A stretch of 62,593 nucleotides of DNA, filler included. It is 7 parts of 7 records of this genome, joined end to end, with 100 filler letters (N's around TTAATTAATTAA, not from the genome) between each part and the next. Parts side by side here need not be neighbours in the genome. Positions count along the whole stretch, not along the records: positions 10,732 to 15,789 come from DRR723986_28614; positions 15,890 to 38,021 come from DRR723986_28651; 5 more parts are not named here. One strand, 5' to 3'. Positions within the stretch are counted from its first letter, which is position 1, and each line of letters begins with the position of its first letter. Under the pieces are notes generated by a model. That model had not been told where the DNA came from and searched no databases. It saw only the letters and a list, made by a program, of their open reading frames with translations. A program made the translations under genes and the position numbers. This document shows, in pieces, positions 10,632 through 20,451 of the stretch.

Positions 10632-10731
10632 NNNNNNNNNNNNNNNNNNNNNNNNNNNNNNNNNNNNNNNNNNNNTTAATTAATTAANNNNNNNNNNNNN
10701 NNNNNNNNNNNNNNNNNNNNNNNNNNNNNNN
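10632..10731. other. Artificial contig linker
   Basis: N44-TTAATTAATTAA-N44. Confidence 0.99.
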
Positions 10732-10892
10732 GTGGGGGGTGTTCGTAGCCCCAAGACTCTGTGATTGAGCAAAAAGCCCCAAACGTAGTTCGCTGAGTAA
10801 TTGCTTACCAGCCTGAAGCGTCTAACTACGGTATTTGATGCAATTGTCAGTTACCGAACTTCACGCCTTTCCCACTAGAATCCCAAAATACT

Positions 10893-12719
10893 TCAGTCTG
10901 CCGCAAGTGGTAACTCAACGCAAAAGCGCGCGCCCTGGCCCGCCGCCGGCTCGTACCACACACGCCCATGCATTGCAGCCGTAACGCGCTGCACAAATGC
11001 CAGACCGATTCCATGTGACTTCTCACCGGCGGTCGGCACCGGCCCCAGGCGCTTAAATAGCTGAAATAACTGTTTTTGGTCCTCAGCCGATAAACCCGGT
11101 CCGCTGTCGTTTACTGCCAGGACAGCAGTTGTTTGTTTAACTTCGAGCTGCACGGCAATGACCCCGCCAAAGGCAGAAAATTTGACAGCATTTGAGAGCA
11201 GGTTGTCAATAATTTGGAGCAGGTGTGTCCGCTGCGCCTTAAGCCGCACGGGCATGGCCGGCGTTGTTACTTTCAGCTCAATGTTTTTCTTGCCAGCGGC
11301 AGGCCCCCATATTTCAAGCCGATTGTGTATACAGTCCGTGATGTCCACACTTGCAAACTCAATGGTGAACTCACCCAGTTCAATCAAACTGACACTTAAC
11401 AGCGTTTCGACCATGGTGTGCAGGTCGGACGACTGCTGTTTGACGCTGCGGATGTACTGCAGCATCTGTGCATTTGAGAAATGGTCAAAACCATCGTCGA
11501 GTTCTTCAGCATAAAAGATGACGTGTTTAAGTGGATTCAGCAGGTCGTGTTTGAGCGTGTGCATAAACAGCGATTTCTCTGCATTCATTGTATTGAGTTT
11601 GGCGTTGGTACTTGAGAGTTCAGTATTGCTCTCCACAAGTTTGGTGTTTAACTCCACCAGTTCAACATTGCGCAGCCGTTGAATTTCAGCATCGCGAGCT
11701 GCTCTTTCGCCTTCAAAACGCAGGCGCATGGAGTTGGAAATGTTCTGTGCATCACTGTTCAGCAGCTCGCGTTCCAGATAGTGGTACTGTTTAAATTGTT
11801 CAAGCGCTTCCGATGGATTGTCAAGGGCATGGTAGATATCCGCCAGGAGCAGACAGGCGGCGCACACCAGCTGTTTGTAGCCCGAATTTTCGGCTATGGC
11901 CAGGGCATCCTGGCAGTGTTTGAGGGCCTGCTGCGGCGCTTCCGCCGCCAGATGCATGTTTGCCAGGTGGCAGAGCAGATCACACTCGTTATAACGATCG
12001 CCCAGCTCAAGTGCCAAATTCAGAGCGTCGCTCAAGACAGAATTGGCAGCCGCAAATTGGCGACCGGCAGTGTGCACTGTGCCAAGCAGCCCCAGTGCGT
12101 TTGCCAGCTGATGCGGTACATTATTAGTGCGTAGAGAAGCAATTGCGGCTTCAAGGATTGCCCGTGCCGCATCAAACTCTTTGACCTCTATCAGGGCCAC
12201 GCCGATATTGATTTGTGCGCCGTGTTTGCCTTCGGCATAGTCCGCCGCTTCAAATTGTTTAAGCGCCAGCTTTAAGTATTTGAGCCCATCAGTCGGATTG
12301 TTAAGTACCAGGTAGGCGCGCCCCAAACTCAAATTGATCGATGCCGCCAGCCGCTGATCCGAATTGCGCTCAGCCAGTGGCAGGACTTCAAAAAACAGTT
12401 CAACCGCGTCGGTAAAGTTGCCAATCTGAAACAGTGATTCAGCAGCGAGTTTTTTGGTGTTTATCAGGGCGCGATCATCCTGCGTCTCTTCGGCCAGGGG
12501 CAGCACGGCATACAGGCGTTGTAAACTCTTCTCAAACAATCCCTGTTGAATATAGGTGAGCGCCTCAACCAGTACCGCATGTACGTAGTGTGTGCCGCAT
12601 CCGGCCTTGTGGCATTGCGCCTGTAAGTGCAGGCTGGCTTGCAGACGCGCCTCCAGGTCGTGGGAGCCCATGGCGCGCAGGGCCTGCAGCTGTTCATCAA
12701 ATTCGCTACAGTGTTTCAT
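10893..12719 (-). CDS. Cytoplasmic TPR-repeat sensor histidine kinase
   Basis: TPR helices, RLRNVEL coiled coil, H-box KHDLLNPL, N-box NLLSNAVKF, DSGPG and GIGLAF. No transmembrane segment. Confidence 0.9.
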   Translation of the reverse strand: MKHCSEFDEQLQALRAMGSHDLEARLQASLHLQAQCHKAGCGTHYVHAVLVEALTYIQQGLFEKSLQRLYAVLPLAEETQDDRALINTKKLAAESLFQIGNFTDAVELFFEVLPLAERNSDQRLAASINLSLGRAYLVLNNPTDGLKYLKLALKQFEAADYAEGKHGAQINIGVALIEVKEFDAARAILEAAIASLRTNNVPHQLANALGLLGTVHTAGRQFAAANSVLSDALNLALELGDRYNECDLLCHLANMHLAAEAPQQALKHCQDALAIAENSGYKQLVCAACLLLADIYHALDNPSEALEQFKQYHYLERELLNSDAQNISNSMRLRFEGERAARDAEIQRLRNVELVELNTKLVESNTELSSTNAKLNTMNAEKSLFMHTLKHDLLNPLKHVIFYAEELDDGFDHFSNAQMLQYIRSVKQQSSDLHTMVETLLSVSLIELGEFTIEFASVDITDCIHNRLEIWGPAAGKKNIELKVTTPAMPVRLKAQRTHLLQIIDNLLSNAVKFSAFGGVIAVQLEVKQTTAVLAVNDSGPGLSAEDQKQLFQLFKRLGPVPTAGEKSHGIGLAFVQRVTAAMHGRVWYEPAAGQGARFCVELPLAAD

Positions 12720-12887
12720 TAAACTAATCTACATAAATTTAGCACGTGGCAACAGGTGGGGCCGTTTGTGGTGCCGACGTCAATCTAAAGACTATTCTTC
12801 ATCAGCCCGCGGGTGCGGCTGGCCTCTGGATGTTCACATGCAGGCATCCTTCGGCCAACCGCACCCTTTGCGGTCTGCTCACTAGTT

Positions 12888-13784
12888 TTAATCCGGACAG
12901 ACTGTTACGAAGTGGACGACACTGTCGATACTGTTCTGGCCATCACCTTCCCAGTACTTGAACATTCTGGAGTCGTTTTGCGAAAGTTGTACACTGAAGT
13001 CAGGGTAGTATGGTGGCGGAGCATTGCCGTTGCCGGTGCTCGTACTTGAAAGTGTCACAGTACCATTGTAAAGAGCCGTGCCTTGTAGATCGTCGTGGAT
13101 GAATTCAAGCATTACAAGTCCATCCTGCGCCGGGGAAGACTGGGTAATCAGGTTTGTTATGTTCGAGATTGTGGGACTGTTTACAGTCCAATCTGCCGTT
13201 GTCCAGTCAGGTGGACTGCAGGGTTTTTCAGGGTCCGCCAGCACTCCAAGTACGGTTACATGTACGGTGGAAGTAATAATGCCAAGCGGCTTCAGAATTG
13301 CATCCACCGTTTTTCCGCCAAAACCAGGAATGTCTGGACTGGTAACTTTGAACTGGATTTCCGTATCCGCCGTGGTGCCCGGTATGGAAACCGTGAGCAT
13401 CGTCACGGCAATTGCGCCGCCCGACTCAAATGTTCCAGTTGCTGAAGTCACAAGCGAGTTATCTGAAGACCGAAAAACTTCAATTTTGTATTCTATCTCA
13501 TCGCCAGTATCGTTACTTACCAGTGTTGAGGAGTCGTCAAACAGTCCCAGTGTTACCGGAACCGGCGCTCCCTCAATTAATATTATATCGCCTGGATTTG
13601 TCCCTGTTTCGCTGCCATTTATACCGTCGCTGAAGGTCGCATTGTTCGAACTGAAGCCAATTTGCGTGGGCGAATTTGCGCCCATACCAGGAAATCCAAG
13701 CCCCAGAGCGGCAAGTAAGAGGGCCAATAGTACACCCAGAATAATCCCGAATATCAGCGCGTATATGTTGCTTGAACTAGGCAT
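12888..13784 (-). CDS. Hypothetical membrane-anchored or exported Ser/Thr/Gly-rich beta protein
   Basis: One long N-terminal hydrophobic helix, then beta-rich acidic sequence. GGAG RBS upstream. Confidence 0.7.
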   Translation of the reverse strand: MPSSSNIYALIFGIILGVLLALLLAALGLGFPGMGANSPTQIGFSSNNATFSDGINGSETGTNPGDIILIEGAPVPVTLGLFDDSSTLVSNDTGDEIEYKIEVFRSSDNSLVTSATGTFESGGAIAVTMLTVSIPGTTADTEIQFKVTSPDIPGFGGKTVDAILKPLGIITSTVHVTVLGVLADPEKPCSPPDWTTADWTVNSPTISNITNLITQSSPAQDGLVMLEFIHDDLQGTALYNGTVTLSSTSTGNGNAPPPYYPDFSVQLSQNDSRMFKYWEGDGQNSIDSVVHFVTVCPD

Positions 13785-13929
13785 AGCCGAACTCCATTGA
13801 TAGTGTAACGGTGTGGGTTACGGCGGCAGGCAAATCTGCGGAGAGCATCTGAGGCCTGTCGCGAATTGTAGATGAGTCAACTGCGCTTGATTTATGCAGT
13901 TGTGCTCAGCGAGTCGCTATATTTCCCTC

Positions 13930-13945
13930 TGAAACAATCGTGCCA
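13930..13945 (-). promoter_or_regulatory. Candidate sigma54 (-24/-12) promoter
   Basis: The minus strand reads TGGCACG-ATTG-TTTCA versus consensus TGGCACG-N4-TTGCW. The -24 element is perfect and the -12 has one mismatch. It faces the 12888-13784 gene, back to back with a bEBP gene. Confidence 0.55.
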
Positions 13946-14101
13946 AAAGCAAGAATATGACGTCAATTGTACAATTCGATTATCTCGGCTGATTCGGCAT
14001 TCATGCATTTATCGTCTTGAATACGTGATATATCTTTTTGAATAAATAAAATGCTCTATATTGGATCCTGTCAAGTGATTCTTTACACAGGAATTTGAGA
14101 G

Positions 14102-15727
14102 ATGGCGCAACAATTGATTCTGATTGCAGACGACGACGCAGCATTCCGCGCCGGAATGATTGCTTTTCTGCAGCGCTCGGGTTATGCGGAGTTTGAATTT
14201 CTGGAAGCGGCTGACGGCAGGCAGGCACTCGAAATTTTCAGCCAGTCAGCCGCGAATATTACATGTGTGATACTAGATTTTGATATGCCCTACCTGGACG
14301 GAATCCAGACGGCTGCCAAAATGTGTGCCCTCAACCAGACCGTGCCGATCATTATTTTTTCCAACAGCCGCAAACAACCGGATGGCGGGCTGGCCGCTGC
14401 CGCCGGCGCCGCTAGAATCTTCTATGTAGAAAAGGTTCGCGACTTGATCCTGCAAGCGGTGGCCGAATGTGCACGCCCCGAGCAGGAAGTCAGTATTTCA
14501 TCAGAAGTACGCCAGCTGCTAAAACAGCGTAGCATCGTATTTAAGAGTGAGGCCATGCGGCGCACGATTGTTGATATTATTCAGGTCGCCAAAACTGATG
14601 ACACGGTCTTGTTTTTAGGCCCGAGCGGCAGTGGCAAAACCGCTTGTGCCGCACTGCTGCATGAGTTGAGCCCGCGGGCACACGCGCCCTTCAAGGAATT
14701 CGACTGTTCTTACCATGCCGGAGATCAACAAAATTTTGCGTCGTCCTTATACGGCGTGGGTGGCAAGTCCTTTTCGGGTGTCGATGCACGGCCGAGTTTC
14801 ATTGAAGCGGCGGGGAACGGCAGTCTGTTTCTGGATGAGTGCACGGAAATTCCGGCGGCTGCACAGGCGACTCTGCTTGGAGCACTGGACGGGACCAATC
14901 CGATGTACCGCAGATACGGCAGCCTGGAAGATGAACCTGTTAACTGCCGGATGCTTCTGGCGAGCAACCGCGATATTGAAACGGAAGTCGCGGAGCGGCG
15001 CTTTAAACACGATTTGTATCACCGTTTAACGGTGCGCATCAGTATTCCGGCTTTGAGCGAACGCCGTACCGACATCGCTGATGTTCTCAGCGGAATTAAC
15101 CGGCGCTATGAAACGCGCTATAAGCGACGCTTCAGGTTCAGTGCCGATGCGGTGCGGTATTTGGAGCGTCTGGACTGGCCAGGTAATATTCGCCAGCTGG
15201 AGAATGTGTTTCATCGTGCTGCAGCTAATTCTCTATCAGATCGTTTGAGCATTGCCGATTTCCGCGTCGCCTACCACGGGTCCGGGCACCCGCCAACGCA
15301 GAATGCGCCAAGACAGGTAGTGCCGGCTGTGCCACCTGCTGCCGAACTGAATAATATACCAGGTGGGGAAGAAACGCCGGCTACGGAAGTTCAGGTGCCG
15401 GAGCATAACATCCCGGCCGCGCAGGCGCATTCCATCAAGACAGTGGCCTCGCGCCCACAGGAGCCGGACCTTGAACTGCACATTAAACATATCGCTGCAG
15501 AGTTGATGCAGCGCGTGCCAGGAGAAACGAATATCCGTATGTTGCTGAACATGCTGGAAGCACAATTCACGCGAATTTCACTTAAACAGACTCAAGGCAA
15601 TTTAAGTCAGGCGGAGCGGCAGCTGTGGGCTTTTGCCGGCAATGGCCAGTTGCGGCGTCTGGTGACGAAACACGGCATAGACCTTAAACATGTACTCGAT
15701 TCGGATGAGGGCGGACTGCACAGCTGA
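14102..15727 (+). CDS. NtrC-family response regulator (REC + AAA+ + degenerate HTH)
   Basis: REC motifs ADDD and DFDMP, Walker A GPSGSGKT, Walker B LFLDE, DLYHRL and WPGNIRQLEN. Confidence 0.9.
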   Translation: MAQQLILIADDDAAFRAGMIAFLQRSGYAEFEFLEAADGRQALEIFSQSAANITCVILDFDMPYLDGIQTAAKMCALNQTVPIIIFSNSRKQPDGGLAAAAGAARIFYVEKVRDLILQAVAECARPEQEVSISSEVRQLLKQRSIVFKSEAMRRTIVDIIQVAKTDDTVLFLGPSGSGKTACAALLHELSPRAHAPFKEFDCSYHAGDQQNFASSLYGVGGKSFSGVDARPSFIEAAGNGSLFLDECTEIPAAAQATLLGALDGTNPMYRRYGSLEDEPVNCRMLLASNRDIETEVAERRFKHDLYHRLTVRISIPALSERRTDIADVLSGINRRYETRYKRRFRFSADAVRYLERLDWPGNIRQLENVFHRAAANSLSDRLSIADFRVAYHGSGHPPTQNAPRQVVPAVPPAAELNNIPGGEETPATEVQVPEHNIPAAQAHSIKTVASRPQEPDLELHIKHIAAELMQRVPGETNIRMLLNMLEAQFTRISLKQTQGNLSQAERQLWAFAGNGQLRRLVTKHGIDLKHVLDSDEGGLHS

Positions 15728-15789
15728 CAGCCTGCGGATCAGTGCAAAACAAAAAGAAGCAGCAAGCGACCTGAGCAGCAGAGCTGGGA

Positions 15790-15889
15790 NNNNNNNNNNN
15801 NNNNNNNNNNNNNNNNNNNNNNNNNNNNNNNNNTTAATTAATTAANNNNNNNNNNNNNNNNNNNNNNNNNNNNNNNNNNNNNNNNNNNN
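15790..15889. other. Artificial contig linker
   Basis: N44-TTAATTAATTAA-N44. Confidence 0.99.
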
Positions 15890-16133
15890 TTCACCTGCGG
15901 TGAGCGGCTTACTTTTTTCCTTTTGTTAGTCGCGCAGCCGGAATCCACACGCAATTGATTCCGGCGCTGTGGCGGACGCAATTGCTGCTGAATGCTGACC
16001 CAACAACTAACAAGAAAATCCATACGAGCCGAGGGCAAAGCGCAGCGAGCACTCAAGGCGCACATGATATGCTCCAGGCCACACACGCAAGTAAGAGTAA
16101 ATCACATGCAGAGTGTATGTTTATACGTCGAAC

Positions 16134-17891
16134 TCAGTTGCGTTCCTTGCCCAGCAGCCAGCCCACAAGTACGACTGTGCCTGCGCCAATTGGGTTGAGC
16201 CAGAGATACTCGATGCTTTTGCTGAATCCGGCGGGAGCGTCGGCCAAGGAAATTCCGGACGCGTCGATAAGTAAACCGGGGAGGTCTACCAGATACTGAC
16301 CGGCGGCGTTGTTCATGACACAATCGCCAAAAAAGACGGCGAACATACCACAGGCCAGGCCCACGAGCGCACTGAAACCGTTGGCGCGTTTGACCCACAA
16401 CATCAGGATAAATACGCCCAGGATTGAACCGTAAAAATAGCTGCCCACCTGATTGACAAGCTCGATGATTGAGCCTTCGGATCGCGCAAGTAAGATAGCG
16501 GAGCCCGTGGCCAAAATGCCCCATAAAATCGTGGAAATGCGAGAGCTGCGAACGTAATGTGCGTCGTCCTTGTCACCCCGCCCCAGGCGGCGATACCAAT
16601 CCACGATACTCACCGTAGAAAGTGAGTTGAGCGTGCTATCGATGCTAGAGAGGGCCGCGGCAAAAATTCCGGCGATAATCAGGCCCACAACACCCCAGCC
16701 GCCGGGGATTTCGTGTGTTATGAAATATGGAATGATGTAGTTGGTGTCGCTGTAGGTTCCATCCACGTCGGACATGATGGCTTTTTCCTGGCGACGCAAT
16801 TCTACGAGTGCGGCATCTTCAGCTACAAAGGTTTCGCGCGCCTGAACGGGGTCGGAACCATTCAGCATTTGCAGGGCGGCGGCTCGGCGTTTGGAGTGTA
16901 CTTCGCCATGTTCCGTGGCCAACGCTTCGATACGGTCACGACTGGAAAGTCCCTGAACATCTTCGGCACTGGTGCGGAAGGAGAGGGGAGCGGGTGCAAA
17001 AACATAGAATACATACAACATCACTCCAAGCAGCAGAATGATGAACTGCATCGGGACTTTGGCAAAAGCCGTGAGCATGAGTGAGCCCTGGGCGGCACGC
17101 AGAGATTTGGCGGTCAGGAAACGCTGCACCTGGGTTTGATCACAACCAAAATACGAGAGCATCAGGAAGGCGCCGGCAAGGACGCCGCTCCAGACGTTGT
17201 ACTTTTCGCTCAGGTCAAAACTCAGGTCCATGGCTTCCAGTTTGCCCAGCGCTCCGGCGACTTCCAAGGCCTGACCGGAGGTGACTTCGGCAGGCAGCTG
17301 CCAGAAAATCCACCCAAAACAGAAGAGCAGGCCAAACATGAGAATGCCCATCTGGCGCACGTCGGTACTGATAACTCCGGCAATTCCGCCTGCCATGGTA
17401 TAACCGGTAGCAATCAGGCCAATCGCCAGGATAGTGATATCCAGATCCAGGCCCAGAATGAGCGAAAGCACATATGCCGGCGCTGCGATAGTAAAGCCAA
17501 GAGCCAGACCGCGCGACAACAAAAACAAAGCGCTGGTTGTCAGTCTTGTGGCTTTGCCGAAGCGTTCTTCCAGGACTTCGTAGGCGCTGAAGTTGCGCAT
17601 GCGGCGGTAGTAGGGCACCAATGTGAGACTGAGGATTACCATCGCAAACGGAATGCCCAGGTAGACCTGCAGGAATCGCATGTCCTCCATGTAAGCCTGG
17701 CCGGTAGTACCGATAAATGTGATGGCCGATGCCTGTGTGGCCATGACGGACAGGCCGGCAGCCCACCAGGGAATTGATCGGCCGGCCAGGAAATAGTCTT
17801 CAATGTTGTGTTGTTTTTCTGACTTGCGGTAGCCGTCCCAGATGGTGAACAGTATGAAAGCCAGCAGAATAGCCCAATCGATAGCGTGCAC
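16134..17891 (-). CDS. Sodium:solute symporter
   Basis: YFLAGRSIPWW, ATQASAITF, DQTQVQRFL and AAALSSIDS. Likely GTG start at 17891. Confidence 0.93.
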   Translation of the reverse strand: MHAIDWAILLAFILFTIWDGYRKSEKQHNIEDYFLAGRSIPWWAAGLSVMATQASAITFIGTTGQAYMEDMRFLQVYLGIPFAMVILSLTLVPYYRRMRNFSAYEVLEERFGKATRLTTSALFLLSRGLALGFTIAAPAYVLSLILGLDLDITILAIGLIATGYTMAGGIAGVISTDVRQMGILMFGLLFCFGWIFWQLPAEVTSGQALEVAGALGKLEAMDLSFDLSEKYNVWSGVLAGAFLMLSYFGCDQTQVQRFLTAKSLRAAQGSLMLTAFAKVPMQFIILLLGVMLYVFYVFAPAPLSFRTSAEDVQGLSSRDRIEALATEHGEVHSKRRAAALQMLNGSDPVQARETFVAEDAALVELRRQEKAIMSDVDGTYSDTNYIIPYFITHEIPGGWGVVGLIIAGIFAAALSSIDSTLNSLSTVSIVDWYRRLGRGDKDDAHYVRSSRISTILWGILATGSAILLARSEGSIIELVNQVGSYFYGSILGVFILMLWVKRANGFSALVGLACGMFAVFFGDCVMNNAAGQYLVDLPGLLIDASGISLADAPAGFSKSIEYLWLNPIGAGTVVLVGWLLGKERN

Positions 17892-17905
17892 GTTCAGATC
17901 CGGTT

Positions 17906-18028
17906 TTATTGATTGAAGATCGTGGTGAACAACCACAGGGCTAGAATGTTGACAACTCCTACGATGATAGCTGCAATGAACAAACGCGGCGGGGCGCCAC
18001 TTTCAGCGGGTGTAGCAGGTTCCTGCAT
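17906..18028 (-). CDS. 40-aa single-TM protein upstream of the SSS transporter
   Basis: AAGGAG RBS, then MQEPATPAESGAPPRLFIAAIIVGVVNILALWLFTTIFNQ. Stop lies 14 bp before the SSS start. Confidence 0.7.
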   Translation of the reverse strand: MQEPATPAESGAPPRLFIAAIIVGVVNILALWLFTTIFNQ

Positions 18029-18378
18029 GAGGTACTCCTTGAGCGAGAGAAGAAAAACTCGGCGGAAAAATACGCCACAACACCTTGCAATATTTTGTGG
18101 GGCAATTGTTATATCAATTGCGCTCCAAATGCCGAATGGCATATAAGGTATGTAGCGAATTTACAACATGGAATATCAAACTTTCGTGCCTTTTTGTTTT
18201 GGCTGGATGGTGGTATGATTTTTTTGAATATCTTTATTGGTTGGCGGCTTTTAGATACTGCCGCCTATTATGATTTTCAACTGACAACTGCTACAGCCCT
18301 ATAGCCCAGTGCTTAGAAGTCCACTAAAATGCACCCGAATTCGCTGGAATGGTTGCTTACATTTTTTGAAGACAAGAT

Positions 18379-20451
18379 TTGGTGATGGCTAGTTCTGCAA
18401 GTATGGAGCTTGATGAAGGTGCGTGCGAACGCAATGACATACTGGCTCTCTGTGAAGAAGTTAACCTGATTCGCCGCGATGAGCCGCAGCGGGCCTGGCA
18501 TCTTGCCGTTTCCGCCGGCAAGCGCGCACGCCGGCTTAAAGATCCGGATTTGATTACCGAGTCACGCCTGGCAGAAGCGCGCTGCCTGGAAGCACAAGGC
18601 AAGTTTGGCGATGCGCTTGAGATCATGCAAGGACTGCAGCAACACTTCAGTAAGCGCGGCGACGGCCAACGGCAATACCACGCCATCAACATGCTGGGAC
18701 TCCTCTACTATCGCATAGGAAACTACAAAGAAGCCCTGACCTGCCTCCAGAAAGCTGCAGCCTACTTTGAGCAAAAAGACGACAAGAAATCTCTCGTGAT
18801 GTCGATGAACCTTATGGGCAATTCCTATAAGGAACTTGGAGATTACCAGCGCGCAATTGAATTCTACTTTCGCAGCTTGCGCCTGGCCGAACAGCTGGAA
18901 AACCGCCGTGGTGCAGGAATTGCACTAAACAATATTGGCAATGCCTACTACCGCATTGATGAGATCGAAAAAGCACGCACTTATTATGAGAAGAGCCTGG
19001 CGGTGCGCACAGAAATCAACGACACCTACGGTCAGGCAGTAACCTTGGGTAACCTGGGCAATATTTTTAAGACCAAGCAAAACTATGCGGCCGCACTGGA
19101 ATGTCAGGAGCATTCCCTTGCAATTCGCCGTCAGCTGCAGGATGTACATGGACAGGGAAGTGCGCTGGGGAATATCGCGCAGATTTACATTGCGCAGAAC
19201 AACTACGCCCAGGCGCTGGAATTCCTGATTGAGGCGCGCGACCAGTGTGAGCGCAGCGGCAACAGCGCGCAGAAGGCTTACGTTCTTAACCATCTGGGCC
19301 TGGTGTATGCCGAGCTGGACCGCGGCAAGGAAGCGCTTGAAGTCCTGAATGCCTCACTGAAAATCTCCAAAGATGCCGGCATGGTCGCGCATCAGATGGG
19401 TGCACATAAGTCACTTGCAGGCGCACATGCAGCTCTCAGGAATTATGACGAAGCCTACAAACACTTGACGCTCTACAACGAATTGCGCGAGACACAGCTT
19501 TCAAGCGAGCAATCCAAAATGATTGCCGATTTGCAGTTGCGTTATGAACTGGAAAATGCCGAGAAGGAAAAAGAGATTTATCGGCTGCGCAACGTGGACC
19601 TGTTGCAGGCCAACCGCGAGATTCTGGCACAAAAAGAGCAGCTTGAGCAGCAGGCCCTGGCCATAGAAAGTGCCAACGCGCGCCTGACTACACAGAATGC
19701 AGCCCTGGGCAAACTCAACAACGAGAAAAATGACATCCTGGGCATTGCGGCGCACGACCTGAAGAACCCACTCTCTTCAATCGCACTGCTCGGACGCGGA
19801 ATCATGCAGAGCCCCGCCGCAGCCCCAGACGATCTTGAGATGGCGTCCGACATCGTGGACCTGGCCGGCTCGATGATTAGTCTGATCGCCAACCTGCTTG
19901 AGATCAACTCGATTGAAAATGGACGCCTGGTACTGACGCCGGAGAAGTTCAGCATGTCCAACCTTCTGGACAATGTGATTCGCGTTCAAAGTGGCGCCCT
20001 GGAAAACAAACAGCTCCAGCTGACAGTCACAGAGTCACCAAACGAAGATACCTTGTTTGCTGACTGTGTACGCACGCGTCAAATTCTGGACAACCTGGTC
20101 TCCAATGCCATCAAGTATTCGGAACCGGGCACTGCAATAGCCGTGCGTGTGCTGAGCGATGAAGATTCAGTGGTAGTAGAAGTTGAAGATGAAGGCGCAG
20201 GTATTTCAGAAGCAGATCAAAAGCGTTTATTCAAAAAATTTCAACGACTGACGGCACGGCCGACGATGGGTGAACACTCTTCCGGCCTGGGGCTTTCAAT
20301 CGTAAAGATGATTTGTGAAGCCATGCAGGGTGATGTGAGCTGCAGCAGCAAAGTTGGGGTCGGTTCCTGTTTCCGGGTCAGTCTGCCACGCAACGTTGCG
20401 GCTGCAAAGTCGAGTAGAGTTAACCCAACAACCACGATGTTAACCGAATAA
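18379..20451 (+). CDS. Cytoplasmic TPR-repeat sensor histidine kinase
   Basis: Canonical TPR repeats (LNNIGNAY, LGNLGNIF), RLRNVDL, AHDLKNPL, NLVSNAIKY and GLGLSI. Confidence 0.92.
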   Translation: MVMASSASMELDEGACERNDILALCEEVNLIRRDEPQRAWHLAVSAGKRARRLKDPDLITESRLAEARCLEAQGKFGDALEIMQGLQQHFSKRGDGQRQYHAINMLGLLYYRIGNYKEALTCLQKAAAYFEQKDDKKSLVMSMNLMGNSYKELGDYQRAIEFYFRSLRLAEQLENRRGAGIALNNIGNAYYRIDEIEKARTYYEKSLAVRTEINDTYGQAVTLGNLGNIFKTKQNYAAALECQEHSLAIRRQLQDVHGQGSALGNIAQIYIAQNNYAQALEFLIEARDQCERSGNSAQKAYVLNHLGLVYAELDRGKEALEVLNASLKISKDAGMVAHQMGAHKSLAGAHAALRNYDEAYKHLTLYNELRETQLSSEQSKMIADLQLRYELENAEKEKEIYRLRNVDLLQANREILAQKEQLEQQALAIESANARLTTQNAALGKLNNEKNDILGIAAHDLKNPLSSIALLGRGIMQSPAAAPDDLEMASDIVDLAGSMISLIANLLEINSIENGRLVLTPEKFSMSNLLDNVIRVQSGALENKQLQLTVTESPNEDTLFADCVRTRQILDNLVSNAIKYSEPGTAIAVRVLSDEDSVVVEVEDEGAGISEADQKRLFKKFQRLTARPTMGEHSSGLGLSIVKMICEAMQGDVSCSSKVGVGSCFRVSLPRNVAAAKSSRVNPTTTMLTE

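Noticed and set aside
10784-10835. HEARO/omega-RNA-like segment (ACCAGCCTGAAG...AACTACG, stem CGTAGTT/AACTACG)
   Set aside because: The resemblance is short, with no downstream conserved elements and no IscB/TnpB ORF. More likely a hairpin downstream of the kinase gene.
13078-13800. 240-aa plus-strand ORF
   Set aside because: Antisense shadow of the 298-aa minus-strand gene, which has an RBS, a TM anchor and a candidate promoter.
15890-16133. Gene downstream of the SSS transporter
   Set aside because: No frame gives a convincing protein before the linker.
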